From IMG/VR virus record IMGVR_UViG_3300024272_002379: a stretch of DNA of 64,000 bases; one strand, written 5' to 3'. The stretch comes from a virus. Taxonomy: Duplodnaviria; Caudoviricetes. Of this stretch, positions 50,477-60,029 are shown piece by piece. The notes beneath the pieces were generated by a model. It was given only the letters and a program-made list of their open reading frames with translations. It was not told the origin of the DNA and made no database searches. Each line of letters opens with the position of its first letter. The first letter of the stretch is position 1. A program made the position numbers and the translations under genes.

Positions 50477-51091
50477 TTAAAACTTAAAATTATATTTAAT
50501 ATCTGAAGAGGCTGAACTTTCTTCTGAAGTATATTTGTCTACGTCAGATATTTCATCGGATTCCGTTATATCTCTAGCAATGAACTCGTATATCTCGGAT
50601 ACGGGATTACCAGATGTATCAACTTCAACACTTACGCTTCTCATAAATACATCTTTGATTGTTTTAGTAATAGAGTTGTTACCGAAAACAATTCTAATAT
50701 CTTTTCGATTACGTCTATGCATTTTATAGTTATCGTCATCAAAAAAGGAATTGTAATGTGGTGAAGTGCTTGAGTCATCATTTGAATGCTCTTCATTATC
50801 ACTGTTATCTTCTACTGTGTCGCTCATTTTATTTGAGTATACAATCATAGCTTGTAATGTGTCTGTTGTTAATATTCCAGTAGAGTTCATGCCTACCATC
50901 TGTTGAAATTGAGATACAGCATCGGCTACGGTGTTATCATATGTTGTGGTGTAAGTAATTTCTATTCCACATTTATCTAGTAACTGACAAACTTGGTTTA
51001 CGAAATCTCCATTAATTAAAGTACCTGCACTGTTGTAATATAATTCACTATATTCATATCTTGTAAGCTCAGGTATTGATTGTGGTATCAT
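50477..51091 (-). CDS. peptidoglycan-binding domain plus C-terminal half of a tail-tube-like fold
   Basis: AVSQFQQMVGMNSTGILTTDT (PG_binding_1); DIRIVFG...YEFIARDI. Confidence 0.65.
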   Translation of the reverse strand: MIPQSIPELTRYEYSELYYNSAGTLINGDFVNQVCQLLDKCGIEITYTTTYDNTVADAVSQFQQMVGMNSTGILTTDTLQAMIVYSNKMSDTVEDNSDNEEHSNDDSSTSPHYNSFFDDDNYKMHRRNRKDIRIVFGNNSITKTIKDVFMRSVSVEVDTSGNPVSEIYEFIARDITESDEISDVDKYTSEESSASSDIKYNFKF

Positions 51092-51103
51092 TGTTACACC
51101 TCC

Positions 51104-51865
51104 TTAAGTTTCTATGTAACCTTCTACTCCATTTTTTGTCATTACATATGCCCAACCGTCATTCCAGTTGTCCAACACATAAACATCTTGAGGTTCACTT
51201 AGAACTTCATATGCAAAACTAGGAGAAGGCCCTAAGTACAACTTAGTATTTGCTGGTACTGATATGATTTGATTATTACTTTCAGAAACTGCTTTGTCTA
51301 TTTCCTTTTTTGTTTCCGTAGTAAGAATACCGTTTGCATCTAAGTTATGAGCTGCCTGGAATCTTTTAATTTGCTGTTCCAATATAAACTTGCTCGAATT
51401 GTAATCTAAATCATACCCTAAGTTAATAAGTTTTGTTCTATATTCAAATACTTCATCGCTTTCAACATACACTGTATCTGAATTAGTTATCTCTTGTTCA
51501 GTAATCCATTCAACAGCATCCATCAATTCTTGTTGATTGTTATTGTAATCCTCAAGAGTATTGCTCTGACTTCTTTTGATAATATCGTACATTGGAGATT
51601 GTGCTTCTGGATTTTTAATAGGTACTTTAAATGTTCCAGTAACAATACGATTTCCCACTGCTACATCATCAAAGGTTCTTGAAGCGTACCCATATAAAGG
51701 CTTTAATTGTTCTTGTAATGAATAACTTATATAGGCAATTTCTGTCTGTTCAACATCGTCTATATAAATTTTGGTATCAGTACTAGAATAATATTCTTCC
51801 ATAAATAGGTTTTCTTCTGTTTGTTCTATTCGAGGAATATATCTATGTGTTAATGAGGTTGCCAT
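51104..51865 (-). CDS. N-terminal half of a tail-tube-like fold plus PG-binding and SH3-like domains
   Basis: YSSTD...ISYSLQE...PLYGY...GNRIVTGTF; IKRFQAAHNLDANGILT; GWAYV...EGYI. Confidence 0.7.
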   Translation of the reverse strand: MATSLTHRYIPRIEQTEENLFMEEYYSSTDTKIYIDDVEQTEIAYISYSLQEQLKPLYGYASRTFDDVAVGNRIVTGTFKVPIKNPEAQSPMYDIIKRSQSNTLEDYNNNQQELMDAVEWITEQEITNSDTVYVESDEVFEYRTKLINLGYDLDYNSSKFILEQQIKRFQAAHNLDANGILTTETKKEIDKAVSESNNQIISVPANTKLYLGPSPSFAYEVLSEPQDVYVLDNWNDGWAYVMTKNGVEGYIET

Positions 51866-51877
51866 TTCATCACCCCT

Positions 51878-53569
51878 TTACGAATACATAATTGTCCATT
51901 TGTATGGCTTTTTATTGTAAGGATAAATAACATAATCTACTTGCTTTGGAATTTTGCCATACTTAGGATTGTAATTAAAAGAATTTTTGAAAGTTTCCAG
52001 TGATATTTCTTGAGAATCCTGAATAATCAAAGTTTGAGTAGATACTTCGGACGTTGACTCGTCATAAGTAGCAGTAGCGGTAACTTTGACATTAATTGGA
52101 TTATCACAAGAAATTGTTGTTTTAAACAGATTCATTTCGTTTAATATGTTACTACTTGAAAGCTGATATGTATCTGGTACTGTGGTAAATTCTATATTGA
52201 AATTATCATCTGATACTTGTGTTGATATATTACCAGATAAAGATTGTAATAATAACCAAGTGTCGTTATCAATAATGCCACTTGCATGAATGCCATAGCT
52301 TTCTTGTAGCGTTTTAACTTGAGCCTCTGTTAATTCATCATATTCTCCAGTGATTTGCGTAAACTCTGGATATATTGTTGCAAGAGCTGATTGTACCAGC
52401 GTAACGTAAGAACCAGAATCTCCATACTGAATTTGAGGAAATTCTATAATACTACCTGTATAATAAGAGCTATAGATATCTTCTTCTGTTACATACCCAG
52501 TATCAGTTCTATACCATTTCTGGAAATACCCATCTTCGTTTGAACTATCAATTTCATACAAGTTTATTTGCTCTCGATATTGTTTTGTGTCTACGATATC
52601 GGAATGAACACTTTTTTCTCTATACACATAAGCTCCGTATTTATTGACAACTACCCCAACCTGAATATCATTAGTAACGGTTTGATTGATGAGACGATTG
52701 TACAACATATTGTCAACTATGCCATCTATTTGGTCGTCTCCAATTAATGATTGATATCGTCGTATAGCTTCATCCATTGCATTGTCAAATACGCCGTTAA
52801 TTGGAAGTTCAAATAAACCTGTTCGGTTTAATAACTCCTGAATTTCAGCGACATCATTTCCCATCATAGTTTTTGATGAAGAATAATATAATTCACGAGA
52901 TAGCGTATACCATTTAGGGTTTGGTTTAGAGTACTCCATTTTTGCTTTTGCGAACTCTTCCTCTAAATTATAAAGGTCATCAAGAGTGATAGGACTAGAA
53001 TCCAAAACATAAAGCTTTTGAGAAAATTCATCATACTTATTGCCGTTACTGCTTTTATGTGACGGACTCATTTTAATATCGCCTGCTCTAAAAGGGGATA
53101 CGTCTCTTGCAATAAAGCTAAATGTATTTTCTGTAAATAAATCCTCAACTGATATTGTTTGAGCTTCATCAGTAAAATCTATACCGTATATGTACATAGT
53201 TGCACAATTACCATATTCATTTGCTGATACAATCATAATATCAAATAAAGGTAATTCATCTACCTTAAGTTCTTCAAATCCCTTAAGCCAGTCTAATTGT
53301 TCTTGAAGTTCTCTTAACCAATGTTGATTGATTAAAGTAAAAATCATTGTACCTGCAAAAATACGGGAACCTCTTGTTACGCCATTAATATTAGTGCGAC
53401 CTATATTAATGACAGGTTTCTTATTTCTAAACATGGAATAACTGATTGTAGTAAGAGAACCAATGACAACAGGAGAAGACCCTGGCATTAAAATAAAAGC
53501 TAAAGTGTCAGTTCCAGAAAAAGATTTATAATATTTTGATATTTGATTTCCAATACTAACTTTATCCAA
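51878..53569 (-). CDS. tail-tube paralog fused to two PG-binding domains and an SH3-like domain
   Basis: SFSGTD...ISYS...RGSRIFAGTMIF...DELPLFDI...ANEYG aligns with the tube; GNDVAEIQELL and GSYVTLVQSAL PG-binding motifs. Confidence 0.8.
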   Translation of the reverse strand: MDKVSIGNQISKYYKSFSGTDTLAFILMPGSSPVVIGSLTTISYSMFRNKKPVINIGRTNINGVTRGSRIFAGTMIFTLINQHWLRELQEQLDWLKGFEELKVDELPLFDIMIVSANEYGNCATMYIYGIDFTDEAQTISVEDLFTENTFSFIARDVSPFRAGDIKMSPSHKSSNGNKYDEFSQKLYVLDSSPITLDDLYNLEEEFAKAKMEYSKPNPKWYTLSRELYYSSSKTMMGNDVAEIQELLNRTGLFELPINGVFDNAMDEAIRRYQSLIGDDQIDGIVDNMLYNRLINQTVTNDIQVGVVVNKYGAYVYREKSVHSDIVDTKQYREQINLYEIDSSNEDGYFQKWYRTDTGYVTEEDIYSSYYTGSIIEFPQIQYGDSGSYVTLVQSALATIYPEFTQITGEYDELTEAQVKTLQESYGIHASGIIDNDTWLLLQSLSGNISTQVSDDNFNIEFTTVPDTYQLSSSNILNEMNLFKTTISCDNPINVKVTATATYDESTSEVSTQTLIIQDSQEISLETFKNSFNYNPKYGKIPKQVDYVIYPYNKKPYKWTIMYS

Positions 53570-53601
53570 GATGATTCTCTCCTTTCAAATAATTCATATA
53601 A

Positions 53602-53630
53602 ATTATAGCATACATAGTAAAATGAGCCAA
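53602..53630 (-). promoter_or_regulatory. sigmaA-type promoter with extended -10
   Basis: TTGGCT-N17-TATAAT with TGn preceding the -10; 32 nt upstream of the 53569 start. Confidence 0.6.
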
Positions 53631-53656
53631 GCCATTTTTATGGCCTGACTCATTTT
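53619..53656 (-). terminator. Rho-independent terminator after the tail tube gene
   Basis: AAAATGAGTCAGGCCA-loop-TGGCTTGGCTCATTTT; the two mismatches pair as G-U only in the minus-strand RNA. Confidence 0.8.
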
Positions 53657-53682
53657 GTTTATTTCTAATCTGATTGATTGAA

Positions 53683-54531
53683 TTAGCCTTCTTTTGAAGC
53701 TTCTGTAGGAATCTTGCCTTTGATTACGCCACCTTCTTCACGAGTGTAAACACCACGGATTAATGGACTTAATCTACGAGCAATCCATGTTACCTGACGA
53801 GCCATAACGACTGTATCAACAGAAGCACCTGAGCTTTCATTTAAGATATCAACGTCATAAATCTTCTGGAATGCTGTATGACCATATTCAGAAGCAAATG
53901 TTAATGTGATATCAAATGGTGGCAATGTATCTGCGTAAATTACGTTTTCACCACGAATCGGTGCGAAACCAGCAGGAACGTAAATTCTATCACCGTCAGA
54001 TTCCCAGCCTACAACATGACCTGTTGTTCTGTCAATCTTAGGTGTGTTGTTAGAACCGTTTGCTGACTGAGCACTGATTTCATTTCCATATCTACCAGCC
54101 ATATTGCCAGTTGCTGAATATGAGAAACCATAACCAGCTCTACTTGCTGTCTCTTCATCAAGAGCAGCTTCAGATACTGTAGCGTTCCATTTAATCATGT
54201 CAAGAGCATTTGTAAAGTCTTCTGAGTTTGCCATTACGTTATTAGCTGCTGCTGTAAACATTGCAGATGGAGCGATATCGTCCCATACGCTCTGTAAAGC
54301 AGATACTAATGCGTCATGGTCAAATACTGCGAATACCATAGAACCTGCAAGACCACGTTTACCTCTTGAGAATGAACGTGCATCTGGAGAACCACAAGTA
54401 AACACAGGAGCTTTATCTCTTTGTACTGCCCATGAAATCTGCTGAAGTTCGCCAATTACTTTATTAGCAAAAGTAGCAACTAAGTCAGCACCAGAGAAAC
54501 TTGTTAAGGTTTGAATTGTTGGACTTGCCAT
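53683..54531 (-). CDS. major tail tube protein
   Basis: Directly follows the sheath; SFSGAD...ISW...RGKRGLAGSMVF...DTLPPFDITL; strong RBS. Confidence 0.85.
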   Translation of the reverse strand: MASPTIQTLTSFSGADLVATFANKVIGELQQISWAVQRDKAPVFTCGSPDARSFSRGKRGLAGSMVFAVFDHDALVSALQSVWDDIAPSAMFTAAANNVMANSEDFTNALDMIKWNATVSEAALDEETASRAGYGFSYSATGNMAGRYGNEISAQSANGSNNTPKIDRTTGHVVGWESDGDRIYVPAGFAPIRGENVIYADTLPPFDITLTFASEYGHTAFQKIYDVDILNESSGASVDTVVMARQVTWIARRLSPLIRGVYTREEGGVIKGKIPTEASKEG

Positions 54532-54558
54532 AATTTGTTTCCTCCTCTTTCAAATTAT

Positions 54559-54586
54559 GGGCTAGGGAGCTTTTTGCTCCCCGCCC
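54559..54586 (-). promoter_or_regulatory. GC-rich hairpin between sheath and tube (weak terminator or mRNA stabiliser)
   Basis: GGGC-TA-GGGAGC/GCTCCC-C-GCCC stem; only a weak U-tract follows on the minus strand. Confidence 0.55.
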
Positions 54587-54595
54587 GATTTATTC

Positions 54596-57004
54596 TTAGG
54601 CAGCAGCTCTAAGAGCAACTACTGTTGTAATCTTGCGTAATTCCATTGGACATACAAGTGTTAATGCGATTGAGCATTCACCAAGTACCTGCTGCTGGAT
54701 TGTTGCATTGATTTCGAACTCATAGTGAAGGATTTCACCCTGTTCCATCAAGTAGCTTAATCTCTTAGAGATAAGTGCAGATAATGCATTACGCTGTTCC
54801 ACTGTATTTGGCTCACCAATGAATGGGTCAGATACTTCACGAATCTGGTCTACAACGTCAGTTACTACTTTTACAGTAGATAATCTAGCGTAGTCAGAAC
54901 CAGGAGCACCTGCTGTACAGCCATCTACTACATAAGGAACAGATGAAGCTGTTGTTGTACCTTCATTCTTAAGCTTAAATACAACCATTCTGTTACCTAT
55001 TAATTCGTTCATCTGTTTGTTAGAGAATTTATATTTCATTCCCTTAACTCCTGGAAGAGCTTTATTAGTAGGAGCAGATTGTGGGTTTAAGGAACCGTTT
55101 AATGCTGCATATGCAATCGCTGGAGAACCGTAATATGTTCCAAGTGTATCAGAAATCATTACTGGTTCTGGACCAACAACAACTGATGTATACCAGCCGA
55201 TATCCATCTTATTGCCTGCTGTGTCAACGATATCATTGCCATCAGCATCCTGCATATAATGAACATTGTTGTATTCAAGTAATTTTGAAACGTAATTCTG
55301 AATACCAACAAGTGTAGTATTTGAATTAGGTTTAACATCAATGAAACCATGTGTCATCTTTGTTCTGTAAGTTAATACAGCACAGAGTAACGCAAGTTCA
55401 CGATGGAAGCTGCTATTTGGATTTACTGTCTGTTTTGAATCAGCGTAAACACCAGCAGGATAGATGTAATCTACATTGTAGTTTTCAAGAATCTGGTAAG
55501 CACCCTGTTCTTCAAGGTAACCAGCAGAATTTCTCTTACCTGATAATGCTTCAAACATCTGGTTATTTGTTACAACAACGCCGTCTTCACCACCGTTAAC
55601 AAGAGTACTGCTGAATACAGGGAAGTCACTTGTTAAGATATCTTCGTTATCTGTAACGATTTCGAATACGTTATTTAACGAATAGTTAGCTAATGCCTGT
55701 TTAAGCATACCAACTGTTGGGCATTCAAATGATGTAAAGTAGAATGGTAAGTCTGCATCAGAGTATCTCTTAGCTTCAGGCTTTGTGAAAGTGAACTTTC
55801 TACCTTCTACACCGTTATCATCTGTAATTGCTGTAATTGTAATTGTAGCAGGATTATAGATAGCACCACCATAAATGGCACGAACAATCATTGATTCCTT
55901 GTACTCTGTTACTTCTTCGTATTTGTAAGCAATAGAGAACTTATCATTGATTGTAAAGTTACCTGCTGTTAATGATACTGTGTCTCCTACAACAGTATAA
56001 TCTGATGCTGGAACAACAGCACCTGCTACTGTTAAAACAACAGTACCAGCTTTTGGCATTTTTGGAAGAGTGATAACCTGGTCTGTATCAGTTAATGCAA
56101 CTGTTTCACTTGCACCAGTAACTTTTGTGAATACATAGTATTCAATATCCACTGTATTAGTAAGGGCAACTGCTCCGCCACTAACAAATGATAATACGTT
56201 ACCAGCAATTGTGTAGTCTGTGCCTTCAACAAGTACAGAACCATCATCCATTGTTACTTTTACGCCATCAGTAACTGGGTATACACCAGCCGCATCTGTA
56301 ATAGGCTGACCAAAAGTATCTCTTGGTGTAACATAAATTTCCTGATTAGCTACTGGGTCAAACTGTAATAAAACAGTATCAAAAGCAACGCCATCAGTTG
56401 AAGCTGCAACTGTTAAATGTTCTTTCTTTGTTGTATCAATATCCTTATAGTCATAAGTAGCAACTAATGTACTATTCTTAGAAACGATACCTGCTGGAAC
56501 AACAAATTCGCCTTCATATTCTACATAATTGCCTTTAACTACTTCAAGACCGCCTGCTGTAAGTGTTAAGGATGCTCCATAAATCGGTGTATTTGTTACT
56601 CTCAGAGTTGCTTCTGCATTACCCTGAATAGAGCCAATAACAGGTGTAGCGTCGATTTCTTCTGTAGTTGTAGAAACTACTTTAGGAATCTCTACGTATG
56701 CCTGAGAGCCAGTTACTCTCATACATCTTACATCGGTAAAGCCATTTCTAAACGCCTGCTTTGCATACTTTGTAAGAGTTGCACCGTTAGGATATCCATT
56801 TTCATTTACTTCTGAACCAAATAACTGACCAACAGTATCTTTGTCAATCTTTACTGGCTCATTTACAGGACCGTCAAATGCAGTACCTAAGATAAGTAAG
56901 CTTTTACCACCAGTTACTTCTGTGTTGGAAGTTAACTGTAAGCCGCCGTCTTTAAATTCTACAAGATGTCCAGGTAGATTTGGATATAAATTTGTAACAG
57001 CCAT
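54596..57004 (-). CDS. major tail sheath protein with inserted beta-sandwich domains
   Basis: YPNLPG start, LILGTAFDGPVNEPV, SAPTNK, RLSTVKVV...FIGEPN, ELRKI C-terminus. Confidence 0.9.
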   Translation of the reverse strand: MAVTNLYPNLPGHLVEFKDGGLQLTSNTEVTGGKSLLILGTAFDGPVNEPVKIDKDTVGQLFGSEVNENGYPNGATLTKYAKQAFRNGFTDVRCMRVTGSQAYVEIPKVVSTTTEEIDATPVIGSIQGNAEATLRVTNTPIYGASLTLTAGGLEVVKGNYVEYEGEFVVPAGIVSKNSTLVATYDYKDIDTTKKEHLTVAASTDGVAFDTVLLQFDPVANQEIYVTPRDTFGQPITDAAGVYPVTDGVKVTMDDGSVLVEGTDYTIAGNVLSFVSGGAVALTNTVDIEYYVFTKVTGASETVALTDTDQVITLPKMPKAGTVVLTVAGAVVPASDYTVVGDTVSLTAGNFTINDKFSIAYKYEEVTEYKESMIVRAIYGGAIYNPATITITAITDDNGVEGRKFTFTKPEAKRYSDADLPFYFTSFECPTVGMLKQALANYSLNNVFEIVTDNEDILTSDFPVFSSTLVNGGEDGVVVTNNQMFEALSGKRNSAGYLEEQGAYQILENYNVDYIYPAGVYADSKQTVNPNSSFHRELALLCAVLTYRTKMTHGFIDVKPNSNTTLVGIQNYVSKLLEYNNVHYMQDADGNDIVDTAGNKMDIGWYTSVVVGPEPVMISDTLGTYYGSPAIAYAALNGSLNPQSAPTNKALPGVKGMKYKFSNKQMNELIGNRMVVFKLKNEGTTTASSVPYVVDGCTAGAPGSDYARLSTVKVVTDVVDQIREVSDPFIGEPNTVEQRNALSALISKRLSYLMEQGEILHYEFEINATIQQQVLGECSIALTLVCPMELRKITTVVALRAAA

Positions 57005-57032
57005 TTTTGTTTTCCTCCTTTTAATATTAGGT

Positions 57033-57872
57033 TTAAAAATCGTAAGTTATTCCGTTGTCGCCATCAAAGAATTCTAATTCAATCGGGTCAGAGTTTTTTG
57101 ACGAGTTACTAATCAACGTCTTAACTTTATCTGTGCTAAGTTGATTAGCACCAATTTCAGCATTAATGCTGTTGATAAGGCTTTGACGTATAGGCGTAAT
57201 ACTTTCGAACCTTATATAATAATATATACAACGCATAGGAACCGATTCGTCGTAATTAAGAGAATATTTTGGTGAAACCTCTCTAAGAAAGAACATTTCA
57301 CTAACGCCTTGTCTCTTTATATAACCAGTATAAACTGTTAAGAGATTTTCGAACTTTGTTCTTAACTCTCTAGCCTGTTTATTGGTTTTGCCGTAGATAT
57401 CAAACTCAACATCGCATTCATACCATTGACGGTAAATTAAAAATGCATCACCAGTTTCATTACCGTTTTCGTCAAGTTCTTTTATAATATCTACAAGCTG
57501 AGGCTTAAGCCCCATACCTTCCGCAATATCTTTTGTATTAATATCTACAGTAATTTGCGGAAGCATGATGTTCGAGCTATTCTCACCTTTCTTTAAATCG
57601 GTTGATAACTCACCCCAGTCTGGTCCCCAAGCTGCATTACATAATTTCTTAAGTATTTCAGCTAACTGTTCAACATCATCTATATTACCATCTGCAACAT
57701 GCCTACATGCCTGTGAATTGTATTCTTTGCTTGTAGTAGTTTCTAATATATGTATTCTTGCTGCCTTTTCAGACTCATAGATATTCTCATTAGCATTCTC
57801 TTGAAGAACCGTAGATTTTTCTTCTGGATTGCCATGGAAATATCTGAGTAAAGCCTGTTCTAATTGGTCCAT
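57033..57872 (-). CDS. tail terminator/completion protein
   Basis: PQIT...RQWYECDVEFDIY...A.EL..KFE; canonical position before the sheath; start moved to ATG 57872 after GAGGAGG. Confidence 0.65.
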   Translation of the reverse strand: MDQLEQALLRYFHGNPEEKSTVLQENANENIYESEKAARIHILETTTSKEYNSQACRHVADGNIDDVEQLAEILKKLCNAAWGPDWGELSTDLKKGENSSNIMLPQITVDINTKDIAEGMGLKPQLVDIIKELDENGNETGDAFLIYRQWYECDVEFDIYGKTNKQARELRTKFENLLTVYTGYIKRQGVSEMFFLREVSPKYSLNYDESVPMRCIYYYIRFESITPIRQSLINSINAEIGANQLSTDKVKTLISNSSKNSDPIELEFFDGDNGITYDF

Positions 57873-57873
57873 A

Positions 57874-59460
57874 TTATTCCTCCTCTGCAAATTCTACATT
57901 TATCACAGAACATATTTGTACGGCTTTCACCATATAACATGTTTTCAGATTTAAATATACTTTAATTTCGCCTTTTGCATAATAAGGCACAATACTAAAA
58001 TCATACTGAGTGATAATGTTTCTTGATGATAAAGTTTTCAGTATGTTTGTTAAGTCTCCTGCTATAATGTTTTCCTTAATAAGTTGCACCATGTCATGTC
58101 CTACATAATACTGAAATAACTTGTTAATGTATGACATACACATCTGTATCATTCTTACATTACAGTACAATTTCAGGTTTTCATTCTTAGGAGATGCGGT
58201 AATGCCGTCATATACAACAGGTGTTTCATATAACGGGCTATGTCTAAAAGTTACTATTCCTGCATCGGATAATTCTTTTAAGACATCTTCCGAAAATTCA
58301 TGATACAAACTAATTGTATCTGAGATTGGTATGTTTGTTGTACCATTGGTCACTATGGTATTAGCACATAATGCTGCATACGCAAGGTATCCATTATCTA
58401 TAATTGTTCCTTTATTGTAGCGGATATCCCCACCAACAACAGATACCAGAAAGGCATAAAACGGGTTTTCGCATTGACATAAATTGTAATCGTAACAAGC
58501 TTTGTACATATGAGCAATATCATCAGCTTCTGCTAAATAATTACTCCAGTATTTATAGCTTGAATTGAATCCGATTATACCTGTTGTAACAATACCAAAA
58601 TTCAATTGCTTTAAACAGAAGTTTAGAAGTTGATTCATAAACGATAACTTACCTGTAAAATCCTCTGTTAAGTAATCTTTTGTGTGCTGATAGTATGTCA
58701 TATTGTATTGATGCTGTGTACCTTCTGAATCATCTGGATGAATATCATCCATAAATGCGTCTACTGGTATTACTATATCAATATCATGTGATTCAAGAAT
58801 GTCGTATGTATTTCTCAGACAATTATACAGCAAATTCTTTGAATAATTCAATCCACATTGTCCACCATACATATAAACATTCGTAGGATTACAAGAGAAA
58901 AACGCATGTTGTACAGGTGTTGCTGGGTCAACAGAATGATATGCGTATACATAACTTCGCTTCTGTTTTGTATCCTTATTTATTGCAGAGGTTAATTTAT
59001 CTATAGTTGGATAGTCAGAATAACGATATTCTATACTATTTACACCTAAGTCCTCTGGAAATACAAAAGTTATTTTATCTGTATCTATAATGATTTCGAT
59101 ATCATTAAATACTTCATTACTCTGTGACGAGACTAGAGTAAAAGCATTCTCTATAATTTCACCATTGTAAATGTTAACATTTAAATATGCTGTTGCATGT
59201 TCACCTGTTGTCTTTACAAGATAAACCATATTGTTTTGATTTGTGTATTTAAGAGCATGGAAGGCATCAATCAAAGTTCCTTGCTTTCCGAATTTGTTAT
59301 ATAACCCAACCGTTGATTTAACCAATACAGGTTCATTGGTTGGTCCAAATTCAGCAGAACCAAGTAAATATATACGCTTGCCATGTAAATCGCTTTGAAG
59401 AATTTCGCTAATTAATTGCCTTCTTTCTTCTCTTAATTGCCGAGTAATTTGCTGGGCCAT
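57874..59460 (-). CDS. second, divergent tail sheath-like protein
   Basis: LLGSAEFGPTNEPV, YDILE, AYAAL...TTN, VYDGITA...NVRM...YVG parallel the major sheath. Confidence 0.8.
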   Translation of the reverse strand: MAQQITRQLREERRQLISEILQSDLHGKRIYLLGSAEFGPTNEPVLVKSTVGLYNKFGKQGTLIDAFHALKYTNQNNMVYLVKTTGEHATAYLNVNIYNGEIIENAFTLVSSQSNEVFNDIEIIIDTDKITFVFPEDLGVNSIEYRYSDYPTIDKLTSAINKDTKQKRSYVYAYHSVDPATPVQHAFFSCNPTNVYMYGGQCGLNYSKNLLYNCLRNTYDILESHDIDIVIPVDAFMDDIHPDDSEGTQHQYNMTYYQHTKDYLTEDFTGKLSFMNQLLNFCLKQLNFGIVTTGIIGFNSSYKYWSNYLAEADDIAHMYKACYDYNLCQCENPFYAFLVSVVGGDIRYNKGTIIDNGYLAYAALCANTIVTNGTTNIPISDTISLYHEFSEDVLKELSDAGIVTFRHSPLYETPVVYDGITASPKNENLKLYCNVRMIQMCMSYINKLFQYYVGHDMVQLIKENIIAGDLTNILKTLSSRNIITQYDFSIVPYYAKGEIKVYLNLKTCYMVKAVQICSVINVEFAEEE

Positions 59461-60029
59461 ATATACTTACCTCCCTTCAGCAACTGAGATACTGCTTTCT
59501 TTGGAAGTGAAGATAAGACATCAGAAAAAGGCTTCACTAAGTCTGTTCTGTTATCAATCAAACATCCATTTAATTCAACTCTGCCTTTGTCTCCACGCAT
59601 TTCATATACATTGACAATCTCAAGTACTTTTAGTACATCTACGGGATTACCCTGTTTATCCCATGTTACTTTGAGAATCATATCTCGTTCTTTCGGATTA
59701 AACTGATGACGAATATAATATACTTCGCTTTTCTGGTCAGTTACGCCGATAGGCGTTTGCTTTATTGAATTATTTGAGGAATAAGCACTATTAGAGCTTT
59801 CTATTGCTTTTATCTTCTGAATGCTGGCAAAATGTCCAGTACCCATACATAATTTACAATTAGGGTCTCCTACTTTATTCAGGTCATCAAAACAAGTGCA
59901 TCTTACAAATTTACAATTACGAACATATAAAACATTAATACCGAATTCATCTGATAACAATTCGGAATCATGTCTGAGGTCAATTTCAACATTTCGAACT
60001 TCTGATTCTTGATTTGTAAATTTATACAT
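59433..60029 (-). CDS. head closure / neck protein with a Zn-finger insertion
   Basis: RCTC...CKLCMGTG; PKERDMI; position between adaptor and sheath. Confidence 0.6.
   Translation of the reverse strand: MYKFTNQESEVRNVEIDLRHDSELLSDEFGINVLYVRNCKFVRCTCFDDLNKVGDPNCKLCMGTGHFASIQKIKAIESSNSAYSSNNSIKQTPIGVTDQKSEVYYIRHQFNPKERDMILKVTWDKQGNPVDVLKVLEIVNVYEMRGDKGRVELNGCLIDNRTDLVKPFSDVLSSLPKKAVSQLLKGGKYIWPSKLLGN

Noticed and set aside
25088-59460. Bacterial tailocin/eCIS rather than a phage
   Set aside because: Neck/adaptor-like genes, giant ejected-type proteins and the absence of flanking host genes favour a large phage, although capsid and terminase are not in this window
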